Shown one piece after another: positions 36,071 through 45,685 of a DNA stretch of 64,000 nt. The translations under genes were made by a program, and so were the position numbers. Under the pieces are notes generated by a model, which worked only from the letters and a program-made list of their open reading frames with translations, searched no databases and was not told the origin of the DNA. Every line of letters starts with the position of its first letter. The stretch's first letter is position 1. Source of the DNA: an uncultured virus (IMG/VR IMGVR_UViG_3300042691_003004) (Duplodnaviria > Heunggongvirae > Uroviricota > Caudoviricetes); the IMG/VR virus record IMGVR_UViG_3300042691_003004; one strand, given 5' to 3'.

Positions 36071-38965
36071 ATGGACACAAGAACATTTCTGGAGGCGGTG
36101 CTGGGAGATGAGGGTACGTATTGTGTGTGGGCCAATCGGATTACCGATGGGCGCAAGGTACAGAAGTTCTACCCTACGATTGAGGCACTGATCCATGCGG
36201 CCAACAATTTAGATGAAGATGGGTACGACGCGTACTTTGCGCTAGGAACTTTTGACGAGGCTGGGTCTCGTGAAGGTAGCCACGTAAAGCAACTCAGGGC
36301 GTTCTTCCTCGACCTAGATTGTGGGCCAACAAAAGAGTACGCATCTCAGAGTGAGGCGCTGACTGCGCTTCGCTCGTTTTGTAAACAAGTAAAGTTACCC
36401 CGACCGACCCTGATCAACTCGGGACGAGGCGTCCATGTGTACTGGGCGCTGACTGCGCCTGTTTCACGTGAAACATGGCAACCTGTTGCCGAGCGCCTCA
36501 AGGCCCTGTGTAAACAGCACAAGCTCTATGCTGACCCCGTAGTGACGGCTGACGCCGCCCGAGTGCTGCGAGTACCCGGTACCCACAATCATAAGGACAC
36601 ACCCCCTACGGAGGTGATCGTCGTTGGGGAGGCAGCAAAGCCGGTCGACTGCACTGCCTTCTCAGAGTTGCTGGGCGACGTAGCAGTTGTCGAAGATATC
36701 TTTAAGGGCGCTCGCAATAAGTTCGTACCGCGAGAGAACGACGCCCTGATGCAGGCGTTGTCCGGCAGTTTTGTCAGCCGCTTTAAGACCATCATGCTCA
36801 AGACGGTGGCGGGCAAAGGCTGTGCACAACTGGCTGAGGTTGTGCAGAACCAAGAAAACATATCAGAACCATTGTGGCGTGCCGGGCTGTCGATTGCGAA
36901 GTTCTGTGTTGATGGTGGCACCGCCATACACCGTATCTCAAACAAGCATCCACAGTACACCGAGAACGCGACCGAAGAAAAAGCGGCTCGTATTCAGGGG
37001 CCGTACTTATGCGAACGGTTCGATGAATACCGTGCTGGGGTGTGTCCGACGTGTCCGCACTGGGGCAAGATCAAATCACCGATCAGTCTTGGGCGTGAGA
37101 TTGAAGAAGCAAGTGAGGACGATAACGTCGTCATACAAAAGCCGCTCGGCGTAACTGATGCGGTGCCAATCAAATACGTAATACCAAAATACCCAGCGCC
37201 ATTCTTTCGTGGCAAATCGGGCGGGGTGTTCAGGCGCGGTAAGCAGGTGTTCAAAGAAAACGGTGAGGTCGACGAAGAAGCGTCCAAGGACAAGCTGGTT
37301 TACTTCAACGACCTGTATGTGGTGCGCAGACTCAAAGACCCGGAGATGGGCGAGTCGCTGGTGATGCGGTTGCATCTACCAAAAGATGGCGTCAGGGAAT
37401 TCACGCTCCCACTGACCGCCGTAGGTTCGAAGGATGAGTTCCGTAAGTACCTTGCTATGCAGGGGGTTGCGGTGCTTGGCGTAGCTGAATTGATGGAGTA
37501 CACGATGCAGTGGGTAAACAACTTACAGTTAACGACCGAAGCTGAAGAAGCTCGGCGACAATTTGGATGGGTCGATGAAAAGTACGAGTCCTTCGCGCTG
37601 GGCAACATGCTCGTGTACAAGGACAGGGTTGAGGTCAACGCACCGTCCGGTGCCACAGTCGGCCTGTTCCCATACTTCCAGCCCAAGGGCACGCTTGCTG
37701 GGTGGAAAGAAACCATGAAGTTCTATGACCGCCCGGGTATGGAGCCACATCAGTTCATGGTGGGCTTAGCTTTCGGTGCCGTGCTCATGGAGTTCCAGCC
37801 GATCAACGCCGCAGCGTTCCACATGTACTCAAAGGAGTCGGGTCTTGGTAAGACCACCGGCATGCTGGCAGGAGCGTCTGTCTGGGGTGACCCCGATCTG
37901 CTGATGATGCAAGAGCGGGACACAATCAATTCGAAGATGAACCGCGCCGAGGTGTACAAGAACGTCGTCTGCTACATGGACGAGTTGACCAACACCAAAC
38001 CACAGGACTTGTCGGACTGGGCGTATCAACTTCCTAGCGGACTTCAACGCAACCGCATGGGGCCTAAGAACAACGTTGAGCGCGTGCGCGGTAAGCCATG
38101 GAAAACCTTATTCGGCACCACGGGCAACACGTCAATGCTGGAGCGTATCGCGCTGTACAAAGCACTCCCAAAAGCAGAAGCGCAGCGTATCTTGGAGCAC
38201 CGAGTTGAGCGCCTGAACTTTGCCAGTAAGTCTGAGACCGATGCGTTTGCTACCGCCATCAAAGAGAACTATGGGGTAGCCGGGGTACCGTACTTACAGT
38301 ACCTACTCAATGACCTTGAAGGCGCGAAGAAGTTAGCCAACGCTGTGCAAGGGAAGATCGACCTGCAAGCCAACCTTACTGCTGAGAACCGATTCTGGTC
38401 TGTCTTGGTATCTCGCCCCATCGCTGGGCTCATGCTGGCTCGGAGAGCAGGGCTTCTGGACTGGAAGATCGAGCCTATCGTTAAGTGGGCCATCCATACC
38501 ATGCAGGTTGCGCAGAGTATGGTGCGGGAGATGAACGCTGATGTGGAAGCGATTCTCACCGACTACTTGGCCGAGCACTACAACAGCATGCTCCGTATCA
38601 AGTCAACAGATGACAGCCGTAAAGGTAACACCGGGCTCGACCATTTAATTCAGCCGGACGCGATTCCCCGAGGTAACTCGTTTATTGCACGGTACGAGTA
38701 CGACGTGAAGAAGTTGTACCTGTTACCGAAACCACTGAAAGAGTGGTGCGGCAAGCAGCAGATCAACTACTCAGGGTTCATTGAGGGGCTGAAAGCTGGG
38801 CGCACCAAAGCCACCCGCACAAAGATACGGCTGTCCAAAGGTACACAAATGAACTTACCGCCGACTGACGTGTTTGTACTGGATTGCACCGAGTTCATGG
38901 ACGATGAAGCTGAGCAAGCTATGGCAACAACCTCCGCGCTTTTTCAAGCACAGAGTTCGGATTGA
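36071..38965 (+). CDS. Primase-helicase (AEP/RepB-like primase + DUF927-like ATPase)
   Basis: FLDLD, SGRGVHVYW, RVLRVPGT; Cys cluster; ESGLGKT, YMDE. Confidence 0.8.
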   Translation: MDTRTFLEAVLGDEGTYCVWANRITDGRKVQKFYPTIEALIHAANNLDEDGYDAYFALGTFDEAGSREGSHVKQLRAFFLDLDCGPTKEYASQSEALTALRSFCKQVKLPRPTLINSGRGVHVYWALTAPVSRETWQPVAERLKALCKQHKLYADPVVTADAARVLRVPGTHNHKDTPPTEVIVVGEAAKPVDCTAFSELLGDVAVVEDIFKGARNKFVPRENDALMQALSGSFVSRFKTIMLKTVAGKGCAQLAEVVQNQENISEPLWRAGLSIAKFCVDGGTAIHRISNKHPQYTENATEEKAARIQGPYLCERFDEYRAGVCPTCPHWGKIKSPISLGREIEEASEDDNVVIQKPLGVTDAVPIKYVIPKYPAPFFRGKSGGVFRRGKQVFKENGEVDEEASKDKLVYFNDLYVVRRLKDPEMGESLVMRLHLPKDGVREFTLPLTAVGSKDEFRKYLAMQGVAVLGVAELMEYTMQWVNNLQLTTEAEEARRQFGWVDEKYESFALGNMLVYKDRVEVNAPSGATVGLFPYFQPKGTLAGWKETMKFYDRPGMEPHQFMVGLAFGAVLMEFQPINAAAFHMYSKESGLGKTTGMLAGASVWGDPDLLMMQERDTINSKMNRAEVYKNVVCYMDELTNTKPQDLSDWAYQLPSGLQRNRMGPKNNVERVRGKPWKTLFGTTGNTSMLERIALYKALPKAEAQRILEHRVERLNFASKSETDAFATAIKENYGVAGVPYLQYLLNDLEGAKKLANAVQGKIDLQANLTAENRFWSVLVSRPIAGLMLARRAGLLDWKIEPIVKWAIHTMQVAQSMVREMNADVEAILTDYLAEHYNSMLRIKSTDDSRKGNTGLDHLIQPDAIPRGNSFIARYEYDVKKLYLLPKPLKEWCGKQQINYSGFIEGLKAGRTKATRTKIRLSKGTQMNLPPTDVFVLDCTEFMDDEAEQAMATTSALFQAQSSD
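36460..36475. promoter_or_regulatory. parS: Perfect parS consensus TGTTTCACGTGAAACA within primase ORF
   Basis: Exact match to canonical 16-bp chromosomal parS; function is inference. Confidence 0.6.
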
Positions 38966-39167
38966 CGACCTTGCCCCGGATGGGGTGCTCATCCGGGTAG
39001 CGTGGGATAAGTTTGTACCCGGGGCGTCAGTGTTCGTCCCGTGCATTAACACGCTTGAATGCGTGCGGCAGTTCTACGATATAGCCCGGCACAAGGACTG
39101 GACGATAGACACCCGCATCGGTATAGAGGGCGGGCGATGGGGGGTTCGCTTTTGGAGGGTGCTGTGA
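38904..39167 (+). CDS. Small hypothetical protein overlapping primase end (start uncertain)
   Basis: WDKFVPGASVFVPC...GVRFWRV. Confidence 0.5.
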   Translation: MKLSKLWQQPPRFFKHRVRIDDLAPDGVLIRVAWDKFVPGASVFVPCINTLECVRQFYDIARHKDWTIDTRIGIEGGRWGVRFWRVL

Positions 39168-39178
39168 TAGGATTTCCG

Positions 39179-39246
39179 TGACGGTGCAGTTGCCGTCATC
39201 GTGTTTCTCCTTCAGACAGCCCCCGGGTTCGCTCGGGGGCTTTTTT
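39179..39246 (+). ncRNA. Candidate trans-acting anti-RBS small RNA
   Basis: Extended -10 TGaTAGGAT (39165-39173), 5' hairpin, linker complementary to phage RBSs, terminator. Confidence 0.6.
39219..39246 (+). terminator. Intrinsic terminator where the two arms converge
   Basis: GCCCCCGGG-TTCG-CTCGGGGGC + T6. Confidence 0.85.
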
Positions 39247-42200
39247 CAATCTTCGTCATCATCGTCAAAGATTGACACGTTGCGGTCGTACTCGGCGGCG
39301 TTAGCCATCAACTCCGCACGTATCACCTTATTTAGGGTGATGCCGTGGTACATCTCGCTTGTGGTACGCATGTGCTGCTTCATAGAACGCACGATGGTAT
39401 CTGCGGTAACCAAGCCCGGGTGTTTGCGCCCAAGCTCCATAAGTTCTTCCATGTACTCCTGTGCCCCGCTGCTGTCGCCAAGCCGGGTGGATATGTAAAA
39501 CTTACGTAGCAGATCGGTGCGCTTCTCAAGCGTACGACGCTCAATGTTCTTGAGCGCGGCGTTCTCCTCCAACTGCCGGGTGTACTCGGCGGGGGCAAAA
39601 CCAAACGCTTGAGCCAATGAGTGACCGGCACCGATCTCACCGACAATCGGGTCACCGCGCAGTGTGTTTGCGCCTTCCGTTGCAAACCGCCCTGCCTTCA
39701 TCAAGTTACCAAACGCAGCCGGTGCCACTTGTTCTAGGCCGCGCTGAGTTTCGCCATCCATGATCATCTTGGCACCACGAGCCACACGATCTGCCACGCC
39801 ATACACGGGGCCACCCACGAGTTGCAGGAAGCTCAGAACAGCGCTGTCTTGGTCGCGGTACCCGGTGCTGTGGAACAGCAGGTCGGACAAACCGATACGG
39901 TTGGCAATAGCAGTGCCGGTCAGGAAGTTCAACGCGCCGTTGAACATGCCCTCACCCAAGTACTTGCGAGTGGCGGTCTCGGCGTCGTCCTCATCATCGT
40001 CTTTGAGGAACAGGTTGTAGAGCGCGGCGGCTACGCCGAACATCGGCACCCCTTGCGCCCCAGCAAGTATCGCGGACGACATGTACACCCCAGCGATTTG
40101 CCGTTTGGCGGCTTTGCGAATCTCTGGGTCCTCCGACACCATGGCGTCGCGGGTGGTCTTAAACAACATGTAATACATCGATACGCCGTATCGCTTGTAC
40201 ATGAACACCATCTTGCCGATTGAGTTCTTAGCCAGCAGAGGTGCACTGTTGGCAGACGCACCGCCGTTTAGCAACTCGGTTGCGTTGATGGCTTCTTGCG
40301 CCGCTTGGGTACGTTGCTCAGGTGTGAGTTCTTTACCTTTGTTCTCTTTGCGCAGACGGTCAAGCTCTAGTCTGTACGCCGCAATCATCGACACTTGGCG
40401 GTTCATACGCTCGCCGTGGTGGAAGATAAACCCAGACCACGCATTGACTTTGGCGAGCGGGCCATCTGCCGCACCTGTGTCGAGGATGTCGCTGGTCAAA
40501 GAGCGGCTAAGCAAGCCGTACTGACTGGACAGGTCGGACAGTTCACGCAGATCAAGGATAGCTTTCTCACCAGCGGTCAGAGTTTTCTTCTTAGCCAGCG
40601 CGTCGAAGTCGTAGTTGTCGAGCGAGTACCCGGCTTTCAGCTCCACGGGGTCACCCCCACCCGTGGTCTTGGCTTTGCGTTTGAGCCCTGAGCCAAAGAA
40701 CAACCGCGTAGCCGCACCGAGTGCTGCGTTAGTTTCACCGTAGCCATACTTCGCCCCGAGGTATGGCATGACGACCATGGGCAACTGAGTCAAGTTGACC
40801 AGTGCGGACGAGACGTTGAAACCCAGCGTCCAGCCAAACGCGGTTGATGTCGCCGCCTTTGCAAGCGGTGAGATGTTTGGCGCGACCATGGACTTGATGT
40901 GCCCGTCCATGACATCAAACAACATCCGCGCTTCTTCGGATTTGTTTTTGACCTTGACGTGTTCTTCCATCTCATCACGCAGCTTGTACATCTTGTTGCC
41001 ATACTCAAGGTTGGCTAACTGATGCGCCATGCTGATGGACTTGGAGTAAAACACTTTTGACGCGTTGGTCTCGGCACCGAGCGTACCAAGACGTGCACGG
41101 AATGACTGTGCGAACGAGGACTCAGGCAGCGTGTCGAGGAACACACGCATGATCTCGTCAGTCACCGTGGGGTCGACACTGTTAGCGTCGAGCACCTTGA
41201 GAATACTGTTGACGAACGATGTCGGCGGGGCGTCCTTGTAGTTACGCTTGGCTGTCGGTGCGGACTTCTGAACTGACTTGGCGTCCACGTTTGCATCGGC
41301 TTTGAGTTCACGTATGGCGCGATCTCGTTCAACCGACGTTTCGAACGCCATCTTGTAATACTCCAAGTTGCCGTTAGGCCCCTTAGCGTTAAACGTGACC
41401 CAGTAGTCACCCTGACGCATCAGCGGGAAGTACGGTTCGACCTTACCTTTGACCGCAAGGCGTTGATAGATTTCTTGCCGTAGCTTCTTTGCATCCGCAG
41501 GGTCTTTGACCGAGGCATCGATACGACTAAACAGCAGTTCCAGCAGCTTCTCATGTGATTCAGCGTATGAGTCGCGCATCTGCTCGTAAACGGCCTGCCC
41601 CTCCGGCCCCAGCGCCTTCCAGTCAACTTGTAGCTTGTCCCAAACTACCTGCTTATCCTCGTTGCCTTTGGTCTGCTTACCCTTGTAGCTGTCGCGCTTC
41701 TTGCTGGGGTCTACCTCAGCTATCGTAGACGCCATGATCAATCTATTCAGCGCGGCTTCTTTCTGGGGGTTACCGTCAGCCCACTTCCGAATCTTGTTGT
41801 ACGTTGCGTCTACCGCACGGCGGCGTACATCGATGGCACCGTTCCACAGCTTTTCCAACGTGTCCAACTGTTTGGCCATCGGGATTTGCTCAACCGCCAC
41901 ATCCGTCAGAGCGTTGAGTGGGAGGCTGCGTAGGATTATGTCTTTGGTGGCGGTAGGAATCTTCTGACGTAACACTTCGTAGATACGGCCAACAAACTGA
42001 TTGTTGACCATAGGCATGCCGACGATCTTGTCGTCCAGTGCACGGAATACGTCTGCCGACGCACCCAGTAACGACGCACGGTACATCGACCCCACCGGTA
42101 CACCGGTCGGAGAGATGATGGACATGATGGCAACATCTGCCGAATCCAGCGCAGACCCGATGCCCTTGGTAGGCAGGCCCACCAGCGTGCGTACGAAGTT

Positions 42201-45200
42201 ACCCACGGCGCTGAAGAACCGAGTCAGCGCGTTGATCGACTCACCCTTCGGGTTGATCTGCGCGAGCTTCTGTTGAAACTCAGGGTTGCTGAACACCTCA
42301 GAGACAAACTCGTCGAGGGAGGTGGCACCATACATGGTGTCGAGCGAACCTTTGACGTTGTTAAACAACTCAGTCAATTGCTTGGTAGCCGGGTGCCCTT
42401 TGTTACCCAGAATCTTGGCAACCGCAGCATGCGTAGCTTCATGCAGCAGCGCATGTGCATTCATGCCGGTTTCAGAGTTCAGCTTGATGGTGTTCGTGGC
42501 AGCATCATAGGAGCCAGCCAGCGAGCGACCCGACGGCGACTTGAGGTCGTCGACGATTTCAACTTTTACCCCACCCAACACCTTAGCCAATGCACGAGCT
42601 ATCTTGGCGTTGCGACTTGTTAACTTACCGCCGAACGTGTTGAGAGCCTGTACGAGGTTGCCTGCTTTCAGGTCAGCGAGCACCTGTGGATGCAATGGCA
42701 TGAACGTACGCACCATGTCGGAGGTAAGTTCTAGGTCCTCATCCATCTGCTTCTGTGTCTCACGATCCAGAAGCTGCCGAGCGGCAAACCAATCGGTGCC
42801 ACGACGCGTCTCAACCTCACCTTTAGTGAAGTACGAGTACATGTGCTTCATCAGCGTTGCGCGATCAGCACTGGATAGCGACTCGTAAAACGACTTAGCG
42901 TACTTCCCGCCACTTGCCGGGTTGATCGACGTAGTGCCTTCACGCCCAAACGCTACCTCGGGCATCTTCCCATCGCGTAGCTGTGCAGTGATGTCAGCGA
43001 GCGTGCCAGTCTTTGTGAGAAGTTTGAACTTCTCAAACATGGCAATGTACATGTCGTAACCCAACGACTGAAGCGCCATGTCTCGATCAGCTACGGCGAA
43101 CTGACCGTAGTATCCAAAGTTGCCCTTAGCTTCGGTCTTGGGCTCAGTCTTTGCCTCGGTCTTGGGCTCAGTCTTTGCCTCGGTCTTGGGCTCAGCCTTC
43201 GTTTCTTGTTCTGCTCGGCGAGCGGCAATCCTTTGCCTAAACCCGGAAAGTTTTGCAGTAATTTCGTTTAGTGCGGCTTCCGTCTTGGGTAGCCCAAGTT
43301 TGGGCGCAGCCTCTGCCTCAGTCTTTGCCTCGGTCTTGGGCTCAGTCTTGGGCTCAGTCTTGGGCGGCTCTTTCTTTAATGCACGTTGCTCCACGCCTTT
43401 TCGTGCGCCAGTGTCGCGTACAGACTGCCCACGATCTCCCAGTCCAGCGGGCTTAGGTGCTTCAGTTCGCTCGGTATCAGCAGCGCGTGTAGTTGGCTTT
43501 CTGGGTTGTGCGCTCGGTTCACCACCTTTAGCGCCAACTCCAGTTGTTCCACCGTCAACTCCTGTGTCCTTACCACGTCCTCCTGCTGGCTCATTTGGCT
43601 TCTCCTGCGCAGGCTTTTTACCGCCTTTGGCTTTGGGTGGGAACAGTTCCTGCTGCTTAGCCATACCACCAAAGGCTTGCATAGCGATGCGCTCGATAGC
43701 ATCTTTGGTGGCAGGTTTGATGTTGGGGTTAGTACGCACCCGCCCAAACACTTCACGCATAGTAGGCCAGTTGGCCTCGTTCGTCATGTCTACGTTGAGC
43801 AGTTGTTTATAGAACCCCGACTGCTTCGGTAAGCCGGTTTTGTCCAACACCTCAGCCGTGAGCGTAGTGGTGAACGGCTTCTCATCTCGCTCAGCTTGCC
43901 CGGCTAACTCCTCCTCAGAGAATGCCTGCGGGGCCTTGCCCTTGGGCTTACCCATGCCCGGGAACCCAATTTGCTCAGGCTCACGAGTAGTTTTCTTCTC
44001 AGGGATCAGCGCCTCCATCTCGGCGTTCTCAGCCGGTGCAGACGGTTCGATGCCGGTATCAGGCTCAGCCTTGGGTTTGATTGCAAAGTAGCGGTCGATC
44101 AGCGCATTGATCTTGGCGCGACGAGTTTCAGCCTCAATGACTTTAGTTTCTGCCTCGGTCGGCTTTGTGTCGGTATAACCTTCGCGCTCCAACCGTTTCA
44201 CAAACGCGGCTTGCAGGTTGGGCACCTCTGATTTAACCAGCGGTTCCAGCAACGCCATACGAGCGGTTGCGGTGCGAGACTTCTGCGCTTGTTCGACACG
44301 CTTATCAGTTTCCGCGATAGCTTTATCGCGCTGCGTAATCAGGTCACGCAACTCAGCGTCTGACACCATCTTCTCGATGTCAGCCGTTTCCAGCTCATCA
44401 ATCATGTCCCGTGTAAGTTCATCACGGGTGGTTGACGGTTTTTCAACATTGGGCGCAGTGACTTCTTCTTGCGCAACACCTTGAATACGCCCACGGCCCG
44501 GCACCTCAACGGTACCGTCAGCCCGCTCAAACCCCGGCAGTTCGAGCTGCCCTTTCTCCGGCTCTTGTGCAAACGTCTCAGCCAGTGCGGCTGCTTTACC
44601 CCTACGTGCAAGGTCGCGCTGCCCTTCAGTCAGGCCAGCCAGCGGATCAGACGTGCGTTGGTCTTCTGCACGTTGCCGTGCCGTGCGTTCCTTGGACTTG
44701 ATGTATTCGTCGTACTCGGCCTTGGTCGTGATGACCGACCCATCCGGTAGCGCCACTGGCGTGAACGGCTCCTTGGTATACCCCAGAAGTTGTTGCTCTG
44801 GGGTCTTGGCCTCAGGCGTAGCAGCGGGTGCTTCTGGCTTTTCACCAAACTTAGCAGCGCGTGCTTTGCGGCCCAGCGTGAGGTCAAGAATGACACTAGC
44901 CATTGCACCGACACCGGCACCGTACGCGCCTTCTTCACCCGATCCGGCCAACACTTCTTGGCTGGGGTCGTACACACCTTTGGCAATGAGGTTCTGTGCA
45001 ATCTTTTGAGCAGCTTCGGTAGCGCCCTCGATCCCACCACGAGCCAGCGCGGTAGTGATGATGCTTTTCATTGGCCCGATGTTCGGGGCCAGAATATCCA
45101 GCAAGCCGGTTGGTGCACCCAACAGGGTAGCGGTGCGACGCTCCTCGGCAGACGCGCCTTTAGACTCGGCAGCTTCACGGGCTTCACCGGCACCAGCAGC

Positions 45201-45683
45201 AACACCAAGACCACCAGCGGCTACACGCCCAGCGACTCCCGCAGGGCCCATCAAGAAGAACGGTATCGTTGAGCCCAGACCTTCACCAAGCCTGCGCCCA
45301 ACTGATTCTTCATATCCACGCCCAGCTTCAAACGGCTTCTTGGCTACGCCTGCGATCTCTTTGATCTTTTCACGCGCAGCCTTTTCCGTCTCGTCGGGAA
45401 GCATGGCTGCGATACCAGTTCCTGCGGTCTCAGCAAGACCGATGGCACCGGGGGCAAGCCCTTTGAAAAACTCTTTGACGTTACCGCCAACCGTGGTCTC
45501 AGGCTCGGGCTCAGGACGCGGAGCCATGCGTGCTTCACGCTGGCGACGCTCTAACTCCCGCAAGCGCTCCTGCGCGGATGACCCACGCATGGACTCCGCA
45601 ATCTGCGCTAACCGCTGCGCTGCTTGGACATCTCCTGCTGCATCTGCGTTACGCAGCGCGGTTAGCACTTCTTGGAGAGTCAT
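39246..45683 (-). CDS. Giant internal virion/ejection protein with zincin-like motif
   Basis: 2145 aa; LLHEATH + DEFVSEVFSNPEF; last gene of late arm. Confidence 0.7.
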   Translation of the reverse strand: MTLQEVLTALRNADAAGDVQAAQRLAQIAESMRGSSAQERLRELERRQREARMAPRPEPEPETTVGGNVKEFFKGLAPGAIGLAETAGTGIAAMLPDETEKAAREKIKEIAGVAKKPFEAGRGYEESVGRRLGEGLGSTIPFFLMGPAGVAGRVAAGGLGVAAGAGEAREAAESKGASAEERRTATLLGAPTGLLDILAPNIGPMKSIITTALARGGIEGATEAAQKIAQNLIAKGVYDPSQEVLAGSGEEGAYGAGVGAMASVILDLTLGRKARAAKFGEKPEAPAATPEAKTPEQQLLGYTKEPFTPVALPDGSVITTKAEYDEYIKSKERTARQRAEDQRTSDPLAGLTEGQRDLARRGKAAALAETFAQEPEKGQLELPGFERADGTVEVPGRGRIQGVAQEEVTAPNVEKPSTTRDELTRDMIDELETADIEKMVSDAELRDLITQRDKAIAETDKRVEQAQKSRTATARMALLEPLVKSEVPNLQAAFVKRLEREGYTDTKPTEAETKVIEAETRRAKINALIDRYFAIKPKAEPDTGIEPSAPAENAEMEALIPEKKTTREPEQIGFPGMGKPKGKAPQAFSEEELAGQAERDEKPFTTTLTAEVLDKTGLPKQSGFYKQLLNVDMTNEANWPTMREVFGRVRTNPNIKPATKDAIERIAMQAFGGMAKQQELFPPKAKGGKKPAQEKPNEPAGGRGKDTGVDGGTTGVGAKGGEPSAQPRKPTTRAADTERTEAPKPAGLGDRGQSVRDTGARKGVEQRALKKEPPKTEPKTEPKTEAKTEAEAAPKLGLPKTEAALNEITAKLSGFRQRIAARRAEQETKAEPKTEAKTEPKTEAKTEPKTEAKGNFGYYGQFAVADRDMALQSLGYDMYIAMFEKFKLLTKTGTLADITAQLRDGKMPEVAFGREGTTSINPASGGKYAKSFYESLSSADRATLMKHMYSYFTKGEVETRRGTDWFAARQLLDRETQKQMDEDLELTSDMVRTFMPLHPQVLADLKAGNLVQALNTFGGKLTSRNAKIARALAKVLGGVKVEIVDDLKSPSGRSLAGSYDAATNTIKLNSETGMNAHALLHEATHAAVAKILGNKGHPATKQLTELFNNVKGSLDTMYGATSLDEFVSEVFSNPEFQQKLAQINPKGESINALTRFFSAVGNFVRTLVGLPTKGIGSALDSADVAIMSIISPTGVPVGSMYRASLLGASADVFRALDDKIVGMPMVNNQFVGRIYEVLRQKIPTATKDIILRSLPLNALTDVAVEQIPMAKQLDTLEKLWNGAIDVRRRAVDATYNKIRKWADGNPQKEAALNRLIMASTIAEVDPSKKRDSYKGKQTKGNEDKQVVWDKLQVDWKALGPEGQAVYEQMRDSYAESHEKLLELLFSRIDASVKDPADAKKLRQEIYQRLAVKGKVEPYFPLMRQGDYWVTFNAKGPNGNLEYYKMAFETSVERDRAIRELKADANVDAKSVQKSAPTAKRNYKDAPPTSFVNSILKVLDANSVDPTVTDEIMRVFLDTLPESSFAQSFRARLGTLGAETNASKVFYSKSISMAHQLANLEYGNKMYKLRDEMEEHVKVKNKSEEARMLFDVMDGHIKSMVAPNISPLAKAATSTAFGWTLGFNVSSALVNLTQLPMVVMPYLGAKYGYGETNAALGAATRLFFGSGLKRKAKTTGGGDPVELKAGYSLDNYDFDALAKKKTLTAGEKAILDLRELSDLSSQYGLLSRSLTSDILDTGAADGPLAKVNAWSGFIFHHGERMNRQVSMIAAYRLELDRLRKENKGKELTPEQRTQAAQEAINATELLNGGASANSAPLLAKNSIGKMVFMYKRYGVSMYYMLFKTTRDAMVSEDPEIRKAAKRQIAGVYMSSAILAGAQGVPMFGVAAALYNLFLKDDDEDDAETATRKYLGEGMFNGALNFLTGTAIANRIGLSDLLFHSTGYRDQDSAVLSFLQLVGGPVYGVADRVARGAKMIMDGETQRGLEQVAPAAFGNLMKAGRFATEGANTLRGDPIVGEIGAGHSLAQAFGFAPAEYTRQLEENAALKNIERRTLEKRTDLLRKFYISTRLGDSSGAQEYMEELMELGRKHPGLVTADTIVRSMKQHMRTTSEMYHGITLNKVIRAELMANAAEYDRNVSIFDDDDED
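43130..43365. repeat. EPKT/EAKT tandem repeats (12-bp units), two blocks
   Basis: GGTCTTGGGCTC/AGTCTTTGCCTC units. Confidence 0.85.
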
Positions 45684-45685
45684 AA

